Below, piece after piece: positions 18,808 to 26,927 of a stretch of 64,000 bases of DNA. A program made the position numbers and the translations under genes. Within the stretch, counting starts at the first letter, position 1; the number at the start of each line of letters is the position of its first letter. The stretch comes from Armatimonadota bacterium (lineage in GTDB: Bacteria; Armatimonadota; Fimbriimonadia; Fimbriimonadales; GBS-DC), in contig JBBIML010000008.1 in NCBI GenBank assembly GCA_037444405.1, forward strand, positions 68,225 through 132,224, read 5' to 3'. The notes beneath the pieces are model-generated. The model saw only the letters and a program-made list of their open reading frames with translations. It had not been told where the DNA came from and ran no database searches.

Positions 18808-19749
18808 ATGAGGCGGCATGGTTTTACGCTGATAGAGTTGCTGGTCGTGATTGCGATTATCGCCATTCTGGCGGCGATATTGTTCCCTGTGTTTGCGCGT
18901 GCGCGGGAGAGCGCTCGCAAGACCCAGTGCCTGAACAATCTGCGTCAGCTGGGCAACGCCGTGACGATGTATATTCAGGACTACGATGAATATTTCCCTG
19001 AACTGGTCAGTGGTGGGTGCTGGGGGCGCGGCGCCATCGCCAATTCGCTCTGGTCGCGCCAGATCTATCCCTATGTTAAAGATAAGGGCGTCTTTCTCTG
19101 CCCTTCTGCCGCGATTGCACGGGCAGGCTTTCGATTCATGGCGAATGTGCCTGTGCCGGAAGACCCCGAAATTAATCCCCCACCCTGTGGGAATCAGCAC
19201 ACCGATCGACGCGCGATGCCCATCGGGATGAACAAATTTTTTGCCCCCTACTGGCAGTGTGATCGGACCACCGACCCGGGTTGCTCGGCTTACTGGGAAC
19301 CCTGTAGCGCGCCAGGCGGCTGTGATGCGGGCTGTCCGCAACACTATGTGCATTCAGCCCGTATCCGCGAATCTGCCAAAATGGTGCTGTTTACCGATGG
19401 GGTGACGGACTGCGCCGGAGGCGGCGGCTACTGGATCAATCCCTCTGGACCTGTCAACACCTGGTTCGGCATTTCGGGACGCCATGAGGGGCACAACATC
19501 ACTTTCACCGATGGGCACTCCAAATGGTTCCCCGTGCGCCGCGATCCCCAGATCGAGCAGCTGGCAGGGGATAACCGCGTTCGAATCTCTGTCACCCAGC
19601 ATCGCGGCATGGTCGTCCAGCGAGTGAGCAGTAATACGCAGAACTTCACCTGCGTCAATTTCAACGCTGCCGATGTTCACTGGAATGTGATGACCGCCTA
19701 TCCGGGCGATAACCAGACCATCGACAACATGTGCAAACCGACAATGTGA
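18808..19749 (+). CDS. prepilin-type N-terminal cleavage/methylation domain protein (pseudopilin-like, H-X9-DG type)
   Basis: [26 protein letters not shown]-terminus and FTDGHSKWF near the C-terminal third. GAAGGAGG lies upstream. Confidence 0.85.
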   Translation: MRRHGFTLIELLVVIAIIAILAAILFPVFARARESARKTQCLNNLRQLGNAVTMYIQDYDEYFPELVSGGCWGRGAIANSLWSRQIYPYVKDKGVFLCPSAAIARAGFRFMANVPVPEDPEINPPPCGNQHTDRRAMPIGMNKFFAPYWQCDRTTDPGCSAYWEPCSAPGGCDAGCPQHYVHSARIRESAKMVLFTDGVTDCAGGGGYWINPSGPVNTWFGISGRHEGHNITFTDGHSKWFPVRRDPQIEQLAGDNRVRISVTQHRGMVVQRVSSNTQNFTCVNFNAADVHWNVMTAYPGDNQTIDNMCKPTM

Positions 19750-19785
19750 GCCGATGCTCGCATCCCATCAACAGGAGGTCAGGTA

Positions 19786-19980
19786 ATGAAGCGAGAGGTC
19801 CCGACCTGGGTATTTGTGATACTGGTTGTGCTGGCGATTGCGCTGGCGGGCTGGTGGCTCTGGAGCAGCACGGGTAGTTCGCGCGAGGATCAGGTTGTGC
19901 GCAAAACTTTTGGTAGCGAGGCGCAGCGTGCGCCCGGCGCGAACCAGCCCGGCACCGCCCAGGGCGCTGATGCCCCCTGA
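19786..19980 (+). CDS. small single-pass membrane protein
   Basis: 64 aa. One TM (WVFVILVVLAIALAGWWLW) followed by a polar tail. AGGAGG lies upstream. Confidence 0.45.
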   Translation: MKREVPTWVFVILVVLAIALAGWWLWSSTGSSREDQVVRKTFGSEAQRAPGANQPGTAQGADAP

Positions 19981-20010
19981 GATAAGGGCGTACGGCAGTC
20001 CGCCACTGGC

Positions 20011-20799
20011 TTATCGCTTCAGGTCTTTGGCGACCGCCAGCATTTCGTCGGCGGTCTGAATGGCGCGGGAGTTCACCTCGTAGGCTCGCTGTGCCATAAT
20101 CAGGCGTACCATCTCCTCCACAATCTGCACATTGGACGCCTCCAGACTACCGCCGCTCAGTTCGCCCAGCCCGTTGGTGCCCGGCGTGCCTTCGATGGCT
20201 TCGCCAGAGGCGGGCGTGGCGCGATAGAGGTTCAGCCCGATACGGCTTAGCCCCGCCGGGTTCACGAAGCGCGCCAGCGTGATCTGTCCGATTTCCTCCA
20301 GCCCTTCCTGCCCGCCACGCCGAACGGAAATGGTGCCGTCGCGCCCGACCAGAACCTCCTGCACATCGGGAGGGATGATAATCTCAGGCTCCAGCGGGTA
20401 GCCCATCGAGGTGACGAGCCGACCCTGGCTGTCCAGCTTGAAGGCGCCGTCGCGCGTGTAAGCGATGCTTCCATCGGGCATCAGTACCTTGAAGAAGCCG
20501 TCGCCCTCAATCGCCATATCGAGCGGGTTGCCCGTGACCTGCAGAGCGCCCGGCGTGAACAGCCCGTAGGTGGCGGCAGGGCGCGCGCCCAGACCGACCT
20601 GCAGACCGCTGGGCACCTGCGCCCCGCCCGCCACGCTCGCGCCTGCCGGACGCAGGGTCTGATAGATCAAATCCTCAAAATCGGCGCGTACCGCCTTGAA
20701 GCCCGTCGTGTTCACATTCGCCAGATTGTTCGCAATCACATCGATGTTGAACTGCTGGGTTTCCATTCCTGCTGCCGCTGTGTGCAGTGCGCGTATCAT
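20011..20799 (-). CDS. flgG: flagellar basal-body rod protein FlgG
   Basis: MIRALHTAAAGM and NNLANVNTTGFK at the N-terminus, conserved C-terminal MAQRAYEVNSRAIQTADEML. ATG at 20799 lies 5 nt after AGGTGA. Confidence 0.88.
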   Translation of the reverse strand: MIRALHTAAAGMETQQFNIDVIANNLANVNTTGFKAVRADFEDLIYQTLRPAGASVAGGAQVPSGLQVGLGARPAATYGLFTPGALQVTGNPLDMAIEGDGFFKVLMPDGSIAYTRDGAFKLDSQGRLVTSMGYPLEPEIIIPPDVQEVLVGRDGTISVRRGGQEGLEEIGQITLARFVNPAGLSRIGLNLYRATPASGEAIEGTPGTNGLGELSGGSLEASNVQIVEEMVRLIMAQRAYEVNSRAIQTADEMLAVAKDLKR

Positions 20800-20834
20800 C
20801 GCTATCACCTCACTGTTAGATGCCCCTCACCCAT

Positions 20835-20859
20835 CCCCTCTCCCCAGAGGGGAGAGGGG
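20835..20859. repeat. family A palindrome CCCCTCTCCCC-aga-GGGGAGAGGGG
   Basis: Perfect 11-bp stem in the flgF-flgG intergenic spacer. Confidence 0.9.
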
Positions 20860-20862
20860 GAT

Positions 20863-21585
20863 TTAAATGCGTGCGAGTTCGTTAATGGCGCGGGCGAGGG
20901 TTTCGTCCTGCGCCTGAATCGTTTTCTGATGGGTCTCGTAGGCGCGCAGATGCTCGATCATCTCCACCATCTCACGCACGATGTTCACATTGGACGCTTC
21001 GAGCGTGCCTGTGGCGATGCGTGGGTTGGGCACGGGTGTGGTGTCGCCGACAAGCCAGCCGTCGGGGTCTTTGCGCAGATTGCCCTGCACGATAAGCAGT
21101 TTATCGATCGCCTTCCCGTCGGCGCGAACGATGCCGTCCTCACCGATCTGGAGTGTAGCCGTGCGCGGGATGCGAATCGCACCCTGAACGCCCAGCACGG
21201 GGAACCCCTCGCGCGTGATGAGCGTGCCATCGGCACTCAGTGAGAACGCACCGTTGCGCGTGTAGCGCACGCCAGCGGGTGTCTGCACCGCGAAATAGCC
21301 CTCGCCCTCTATCGCCACATCGAGCGGGTTGCCCGTGTGCATGAGCGGTCCAGGTTGGAGGACGGTGTAGGTGGTGGCGAGCCGTGCGCCGGCGGAGAGG
21401 CTGCCGATAGGCTGGCTATACGCACCCTCCACGCGATAAAGCGCGCGTTCATAGGCGGTCTCGAAAACGGGTCGGTCGGCTTTGAAGCCGCTGGTGTTCA
21501 CATTTGCCAGATTCGCCGCGAGCACATCCTGTGCTTTCTGTCGGGCTGCCATTCCTTCGGCTGCCACATACAGCCCGCGTATCAT
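20863..21585 (-). CDS. flgF: flagellar basal-body rod protein FlgF
   Basis: MIRGLYVAAEGM and ANLANVNTSGFK at the N-terminus, rod-protein C-terminal region (LRAYETHQKTIQAQDETL). Confidence 0.8.
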   Translation of the reverse strand: MIRGLYVAAEGMAARQKAQDVLAANLANVNTSGFKADRPVFETAYERALYRVEGAYSQPIGSLSAGARLATTYTVLQPGPLMHTGNPLDVAIEGEGYFAVQTPAGVRYTRNGAFSLSADGTLITREGFPVLGVQGAIRIPRTATLQIGEDGIVRADGKAIDKLLIVQGNLRKDPDGWLVGDTTPVPNPRIATGTLEASNVNIVREMVEMIEHLRAYETHQKTIQAQDETLARAINELARI

Positions 21586-21594
21586 CAGCCAGCA

Positions 21595-21602
21595 TTATCG
21601 GC
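21595..21602 (-). promoter_or_regulatory. sigma-28 (FliA/SigD)-type -10 box GCCGATAA upstream of flgF
   Basis: Exact 8-mer match, 9 nt upstream of the flgF ATG. No TAAA -35 box at the canonical 15-nt spacing. Confidence 0.35.
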
Positions 21603-21671
21603 AAAGCCTCGCCGCCTCTCTACCCCAAACGACCCGCTCGATTCAGCGGTTTACCAGAGGCGGGTATCCTT

Positions 21672-22805
21672 ATGGTGATGAACGCGCTCGGTCTCTATGT
21701 GCATATCCCGTTCTGCCACCATAAATGCGGGTACTGCGATTTCAACTCCTATGCGGGGCTGGGAAAGCTGGCGTCTGCCTTTGTGGACGCGCTCCTTTTA
21801 GAGATTGAGCGTTGCCCTTACGGGGGCGCGCGAGCCAGCACGGTCTTCTTCGGCGGCGGCACGCCCACCTTTCTGGACGGCAACACGCTCGCCCGCATTC
21901 TGGAGCATCTGTATCAACGGTTCGACATCGACCCCGACGCCGAAATCACCGTCGAGGCGAACCCTGGCAGTGTCGATCGGGCGCAGCTGCGGATTCTGCG
22001 GCAGGCAGGCTTCAATCGGCTCAGCTTCGGCGTGCAGTCGTTCGATGAAGCCGAGCTGAAGCGCATGGAGCGTATCCACAGCCCGCGCGAAGTGTGCGAA
22101 AGCTACGAATGGGCGCGCGAGGCAGGCTTCGAGAACATCAATCTGGATTTGATCTTCGCCCTGCCTGACCAGACGCTGGAGCGATGGGAGTCGAACCTCC
22201 GGCAGGCGATTGCCATGCGCCCCGAACATCTGTCGCTGTACGCGCTGATGCTGGAGCCAAACACGCGCTTCTATCACCTCTATCGGAAGGGGCAGCTGAG
22301 CCTGCCCGATGAGGAGGTGCAGGTGGCGATGTATCGGCTGGCACAGCGCCTCACGCGCGAGGCGGGCTATCGCCAGTATGAGATATCGAATTACGCCCTG
22401 CCCGGCTATGAGTGTCGCCATAACCTGATTTACTGGCACAATTTACCGTATCTGGGCTTTGGGCCGGGCGCGGTCTCGTACTATGAGGGGCGCCGCTGGA
22501 TGAATATCAAGCATCCGCGCGAATATGTGCGGCGCGTGCTGACGGGCGAGCCGCTGGAGATGGAAAGCGAACGGCTCACAGGCTGGGATTCGGTCGCGGA
22601 GACGCTCATGCTGGGCTTGCGCATGGTGGAGGGTATCGATCTGGCGCGGTTAGAGGCGCGTTACGGTTTGCCCGTGCAGGCGCATTATCGCCCTGTGCTG
22701 GAGCAGCTGAGGCGGCGGGGCTGGCTGGTTCAGGATGGCTCGCGTGTTCGCCTCACTGACGAGGGTCTGCTCTGGCACAGCGAGGTCGCACTGGCGTTTT
22801 TGTGA
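21672..22805 (+). CDS. hemW: radical SAM heme chaperone HemW (coproporphyrinogen III oxidase-like)
   Basis: LYVHIPFCHHKCGYCDF (CxxxCxxC) and GGGTP motif, with a HemN-C-like tail. Confidence 0.88.
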   Translation: MVMNALGLYVHIPFCHHKCGYCDFNSYAGLGKLASAFVDALLLEIERCPYGGARASTVFFGGGTPTFLDGNTLARILEHLYQRFDIDPDAEITVEANPGSVDRAQLRILRQAGFNRLSFGVQSFDEAELKRMERIHSPREVCESYEWAREAGFENINLDLIFALPDQTLERWESNLRQAIAMRPEHLSLYALMLEPNTRFYHLYRKGQLSLPDEEVQVAMYRLAQRLTREAGYRQYEISNYALPGYECRHNLIYWHNLPYLGFGPGAVSYYEGRRWMNIKHPREYVRRVLTGEPLEMESERLTGWDSVAETLMLGLRMVEGIDLARLEARYGLPVQAHYRPVLEQLRRRGWLVQDGSRVRLTDEGLLWHSEVALAFL

Positions 22806-22810
22806 TGCGA

Positions 22811-23269
22811 TTAGCTTCGCTGGCTGAGCGTGATGGTACGGCTTTCGTCGGGTTGGGGCTGGATGGTGATGTGCCAGTGGTGGCGGGGTGTGTAGTCGAA
22901 GCCGAGCGCGGGCAGGGTTTCGCCCCACTCGATGAGGGTAATACCGCCGCGCTCCAGCAGTTCGTCCAGCCCCAGCGTGTGCAGTTGCGCCGCGCTCTCG
23001 ATGCGGTAGAGGTCGAGATGGAACAGGGGCAGCCCGGCGAGCGTGGATGGCTGGCGGATGGTGTATTCGTTCACGAGGGTGAAGGTGGGGCTGCGAATCG
23101 GCTCGGTGATGCCGAGCGCGCGGCACAGCCCGCGAATGAGCGTGGTCTTGCCCGCGCCCAGTGCGCCGCTCACTGAGATCAGCGTGTCGGGATGGAGCTG
23201 GCGGGCAATCTCCGCGCCCACCGCTTCGGTCTGTTCAGGGGAGTGCGTGTGCCAGCAGGTTGCCCCCAC
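22811..23269 (-). CDS. tsaE: tRNA threonylcarbamoyladenosine biosynthesis ATPase TsaE
   Basis: GALGAGKTTLIRG, SPTFTLVNEY and HLDLYR motifs. A conservative GTG start at 23269 is used. The ORF stays open to ATG 23368 and TTG 23377 through a family A palindrome. Confidence 0.8.
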   Translation of the reverse strand: MGATCWHTHSPEQTEAVGAEIARQLHPDTLISVSGALGAGKTTLIRGLCRALGITEPIRSPTFTLVNEYTIRQPSTLAGLPLFHLDLYRIESAAQLHTLGLDELLERGGITLIEWGETLPALGFDYTPRHHWHITIQPQPDESRTITLSQRS

Positions 23270-23276
23270 ACCCGTA

Positions 23277-23301
23277 CCCTCTCCCCTACTGGGGGAGAGG
23301 G
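23277..23301. repeat. family A palindrome CCCTCTCCCC-tact-GGGGGAGAGGG, with a degenerate second copy at about 23315-23341
   Basis: 10-bp stem, located between hspR and the conserved core of tsaE. Confidence 0.85.
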
Positions 23302-23348
23302 ATTCAACGAAAACGCTCTCGCTCTCAGCGGGGGAGAGGGGTTTTGAG

Positions 23349-23741
23349 CTATTCGGCTTCCGACTCATAGCGTTCAAAGCGGATCAGAAACTGTTCGATA
23401 TCGACGGGCAGGTTATGTTCCTGAATGAGCTGGCGGATGCGCGCGTTCATCAGTTCAACCAGCTGCTCCATCTCCTGGTTCATGCGTTCCATGCGGTCTA
23501 ACAGGCGCAGGATGACTTCGACGCCTGCGAGGTTGACGCCGAGGTGCTGTGTGAGGTGCTGGATGCGGCGCAGGCGGGCGATGTCGGCTTCCGAGTAGAG
23601 GCGTTTGCTGTTGCCGACGCGGTGGGGCTGGATCAGCCCCAGCCGCTCGTAGAGGCGCAGGGTCTGCGGGTGCAGTCCGCACATGCGCGCCGCGACGCCA
23701 ATCAGATACACAGGCTCTTCGGATGGGGTCTGCTTTCTCAT
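23349..23741 (-). CDS. hspR: MerR-family heat-shock transcriptional repressor HspR
   Basis: [30 protein letters not shown] (MerR HTH). The gene sits immediately after dnaJ with a 4-nt overlap. Confidence 0.8.
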   Translation of the reverse strand: MRKQTPSEEPVYLIGVAARMCGLHPQTLRLYERLGLIQPHRVGNSKRLYSEADIARLRRIQHLTQHLGVNLAGVEVILRLLDRMERMNQEMEQLVELMNARIRQLIQEHNLPVDIEQFLIRFERYESEAE

Positions 23742-24814
23742 GGGTGTTTCACCTCCGAGCGCAGGTTTCGAATCTGTTCCAGCAGTTCGCGTTCGCGCGG
23801 GCTGAGATGTTTGGGCACGGTGATGCGGACGCGCGCGTACAGGTCGCCGCGCTGACCGCCGGCGAGCGGGATGCCCTTGCCTGCCAGTCGGAAGCGGGTG
23901 CCGCTCTGGGTGCCGGGCGGGATTTTCATCGTCACGGTGCCAGTGGGCGTGGGCACGCTTACCTCGCCGCCGAGCGCGGCAGTGAGATAGTCCACATCGA
24001 CTTCGGTGTAGAGGTCGTTGCCCTGCCGTTCGAAGCGCGGGTCGGGCGCGATTTTGATGCGCAGGTACAGATCGCCGCGTCGCCCATCGCTGCCGGGCAG
24101 TCCCTCGCCGGCGAGTCGCAGGCGCTGCCCCTCGGCGACGCCCGGCGGCACCGTGACGGTCAGCTGGCGAGTGCGCTGAACGACGCCTCTGCCACGACAC
24201 TGACCGCAGGGTGCGCCGACGCGCCCGGTGCCGTCGCACTCATCGCAGGGCATCTCCACGCCGAGCAGGCTGAACCGTCGGCGTCCGCGCCCGCCGCAGG
24301 CGGGGCAGCTCTGGCGACGCTCCGTGCTCTCGCCTGTGCCGCCACAGCGCGAGCAAATCTCTTCTGTGTTCAGGCGGATGGTGCGGGTTGTGCCCCGAAT
24401 GGCTTCGTCGAGGCTGATTTCGAGCGTGTGTTCGATGTCGCGGGGGGCGGTGCGGAAGCCGAAGGTGGTGCCGCCACCGCCGCGCAGAAGCTGTTCGATG
24501 AACTCGGCGAAGCTGGTGAAGGGCATCTCGGCGCCCCAGGGCGCGCCGTCGAAGCCCTCGCCGTACTGCTCGCGCATGCGCTGATAGGCTTGCCACTGCT
24601 CGCCGTAGCGGTCGTAAGCGGCGCGCTTTTCGGGGTCGGACAGCACCTGATACGCCTCATTAATCTCCTTGAACTTCTCTTCCGCTTGCTTGTCGCCGGG
24701 GTTCACATCGGGGTGATACTGGCGCGCGAGTCGGCGATACGCCGCCTTGATCTCCTTCTCGGTGGCGTTGCGCGGTACCCCAAGAATCGCATAGTAGTCT
24801 TTGAACCCTCGCAT
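23738..24814 (-). CDS. dnaJ: molecular chaperone DnaJ
   Basis: J-domain HPD motif and four CxxCxGxG zinc-finger repeats ([32 protein letters not shown]). Confidence 0.93.
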   Translation of the reverse strand: MRGFKDYYAILGVPRNATEKEIKAAYRRLARQYHPDVNPGDKQAEEKFKEINEAYQVLSDPEKRAAYDRYGEQWQAYQRMREQYGEGFDGAPWGAEMPFTSFAEFIEQLLRGGGGTTFGFRTAPRDIEHTLEISLDEAIRGTTRTIRLNTEEICSRCGGTGESTERRQSCPACGGRGRRRFSLLGVEMPCDECDGTGRVGAPCGQCRGRGVVQRTRQLTVTVPPGVAEGQRLRLAGEGLPGSDGRRGDLYLRIKIAPDPRFERQGNDLYTEVDVDYLTAALGGEVSVPTPTGTVTMKIPPGTQSGTRFRLAGKGIPLAGGQRGDLYARVRITVPKHLSPRERELLEQIRNLRSEVKHP

Positions 24815-24859
24815 CGCTTGTTCACCCCGATACGGGCTGCTGTTGCCTCCTCAGCCGTG

Positions 24860-24889
24860 CCCTCTCCCCCGTGTGCGGGGGAGAGGGGG
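24860..24889. repeat. family A palindrome CCCTCTCCCCC-gtgtgc-GGGGGAGAGGG
   Basis: 11-bp stem in the dnaK-dnaJ intergenic spacer. Confidence 0.9.
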
Positions 24890-24895
24890 TCGCCT

Positions 24896-26794
24896 TTACG
24901 ACTCGCGATACTCGGCGTCGATCACATCATCGCCACTGGAGCGGGTGCTGCCGTCGGTGCTGCTGCCTGTGCTGCCCGACGGCTCCGCCGCGACGCGCTG
25001 ATACATCTGCTCGGTGATTCGGTAGCTGAGCTGTTCCAGCTCGCTCATCAGCGACTGCACGCGCTCGTGGTCCTGTGTCTGGATGGCGCTGCGCAGGTCG
25101 CGGATGAGCGTTTCGGCGCGTTCGCGGTCGCCCGCTGCGACCTTATCGCCGTGTTCGCGCAGGAGGCGCTCCACATCGTAGGTGAGTCGGTCGGCGCGGT
25201 TGAGCAGTTCGGCGCGCTCGCGTGCCTGGCGGTCGCGCTCGGCGTTCGCCTCCGCCTCTTTGATCATCCGCTCCACCTCCTCGCGCGAGAGGTTGGTGGA
25301 ACCCGTGATGCGGATGCTCTGCTGGCGCCCCGTGCCGAGGTCCTTGGCGGTAACATTCAGGATGCCGTTGGCGTCGATGTCGAAGGTGACCTCGATCTGG
25401 GGCACGCCCGCGGGCGCAGGCGGGATGCCGTCCAGATGGAACACGCCGAGCAGGCGGTTATCGCGCGCCATCGGTCGCTCGCCCTGATAGACGCGCACCT
25501 CCACGCTGGTCTGCCCGTCGGCGGCAGTAGTGAAGATTTCCGACTTGCGCGTCGGGATGGTGGTGTTGCGGGGCACCAGCACGGTAAAGATGCCGCCTTT
25601 GGTCTCGATGCCGAGCGAGAGGGGCGTTACATCCAGCAGCACGATATCTTTCACCTCGCCCGACAACACGCCCGCCTGAATGGCGGCGCCGACGGCGACC
25701 ACTTCGTCGGGGTTCACGCCCTTGTGCGGCTCCTTGCCCGTGATCTGGCGCACCATCTCCTGCACTCTGGGGATGCGCGTGGAGCCGCCCACCAGGATCA
25801 CCTCGTCCACATCGGTCGGCTTCAGCCCTGCGTCCTCCAGCGCACGGAACATCGGACCCTTGAGGCGTTCAAACAGGTCGGCGCACAGCTCCTCGAACTT
25901 GGCGCGGGTGAGCGTCATATCGAGATGCTTCGGACCGCTGGCGTCCGCCGTGATGAACGGTAGGTTAATCGTGGTGGTGGTGACGCTGGAGAGCTCGATC
26001 TTGGCGCGTTCGGCGGCTTCTTTGAGGCGCTGCAACGCCTGCCGATCCTGGCGCAGGTCGATCCCATGCTCGCGCTTGAACTCATCGGCAAGGTAATCGA
26101 CGATGCGCTGGTCGAAGTCGTCGCCGCCGAGATGGGTGTCGCCCGCGGTCGCCTTGACTTCGAACACGCCGTCGCCGACCTCCAGGATCGACACATCGAA
26201 AGTGCCGCCGCCCAGATCGAACACGAGAATGGTCTCGTTGCTCTTTTTATCGAGTCCGTAGGCGAGCGCGGCGGCGGTCGGCTCGTTGATGATGCGCAGC
26301 ACTTTCAGCCCCGCGATTTCGCCCGCGTTCTTGGTGGCGGTGCGCTGGGCGTCGTTGAAGTAGGCGGGCACGGTGATGACCGCTGCCGTCACTGGCTCGC
26401 CCAGATAGGCTTCGGCGTCCGCCTTGAGCTTTTGCAAAATCATCGCCGAAATCTCTTCGGGGCGATAGGTTTTGTCCACCGCGGGGATGTAGACCGCCGC
26501 ATCGCCTTTGGGGTCGGCAATCACCTTGTAGGGCACGCGCTTGCGCTCCTCTTCCACCTCATCGTAGCGTCGCCCCATGAAGCGCTTGATAGAGAAGATG
26601 GTGTTTTCGGGGTTGACGATTGCCTGGCGCTTGGCGGGTGCGCCGATGAGTCGTTCGCCCGTTTTGGTGAAGCCGACAACTGAGGGGCAGAGCCGTCCGC
26701 CCTCTGCGGTCGGAATGACCACGGGCTCGCCGCCCTCCAGCACGGCAACCACCGAGTTCGTTGTGCCCAGATCGATACCCACGACTTTTGCCAT
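24896..26794 (-). CDS. dnaK: molecular chaperone DnaK (Hsp70)
   Basis: [14 protein letters not shown] and DLGGGTFD motifs. 632 aa, full length. Confidence 0.97.
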   Translation of the reverse strand: MAKVVGIDLGTTNSVVAVLEGGEPVVIPTAEGGRLCPSVVGFTKTGERLIGAPAKRQAIVNPENTIFSIKRFMGRRYDEVEEERKRVPYKVIADPKGDAAVYIPAVDKTYRPEEISAMILQKLKADAEAYLGEPVTAAVITVPAYFNDAQRTATKNAGEIAGLKVLRIINEPTAAALAYGLDKKSNETILVFDLGGGTFDVSILEVGDGVFEVKATAGDTHLGGDDFDQRIVDYLADEFKREHGIDLRQDRQALQRLKEAAERAKIELSSVTTTTINLPFITADASGPKHLDMTLTRAKFEELCADLFERLKGPMFRALEDAGLKPTDVDEVILVGGSTRIPRVQEMVRQITGKEPHKGVNPDEVVAVGAAIQAGVLSGEVKDIVLLDVTPLSLGIETKGGIFTVLVPRNTTIPTRKSEIFTTAADGQTSVEVRVYQGERPMARDNRLLGVFHLDGIPPAPAGVPQIEVTFDIDANGILNVTAKDLGTGRQQSIRITGSTNLSREEVERMIKEAEANAERDRQARERAELLNRADRLTYDVERLLREHGDKVAAGDRERAETLIRDLRSAIQTQDHERVQSLMSELEQLSYRITEQMYQRVAAEPSGSTGSSTDGSTRSSGDDVIDAEYRES

Positions 26795-26873
26795 CGCTGT
26801 CTCCCTCCGTCTGTTATCTATTCTGGCTATACGGCAACTGCTGGTCAGCAGGTTCCCGTTTTTGAGTGGCTCT

Positions 26874-26904
26874 ATTATACCTGACTTGAGGGCACTGTTG
26901 TCAA
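26874..26904 (-). promoter_or_regulatory. sigma-70-type promoter candidate for the dnaK operon (TTGACA, 19-nt spacer, TATAAT)
   Basis: Both hexamers are perfect on the minus strand. The spacer is longer than the 17-nt optimum. An 80-nt leader ends in GGAGGGAG before the ATG. Confidence 0.4.
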
Positions 26905-26927
26905 GAGGAACTGAGGTGGAGGGATCG

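Noticed and set aside
23723-25963. Very long ORFs antisense to or out of frame with recognised genes. Examples: 746 aa at 23723-25963 (+) opposite dnaJ/dnaK, 576 aa at 60597-62327 (+) opposite secDF, 397 aa at 3002-4195 (-), 396 aa at 47819-49009 (+), 420 aa at 11381-12643 (-), 341 aa at 58855-59880 (+).
   Set aside because: High GC content suppresses stop codons in non-coding frames. These translations are Arg/Ala/Gly/His-rich with no motifs, and each overlaps a confidently identified gene on the other strand or in another frame.
26860-26892. Canonical HAIR (CTTGAGT-N7-ACTCAAG) or CIRCE operators in the dnaK and grpE upstream regions.
   Set aside because: Only direct repeats of a half-site-like TTGAG/CTCAA are present upstream of dnaK. 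No inverted repeat with 7-nt spacing and no TTAGCACTC-N9-GAGTGCTAA was seen upstream of dnaK or grpE.
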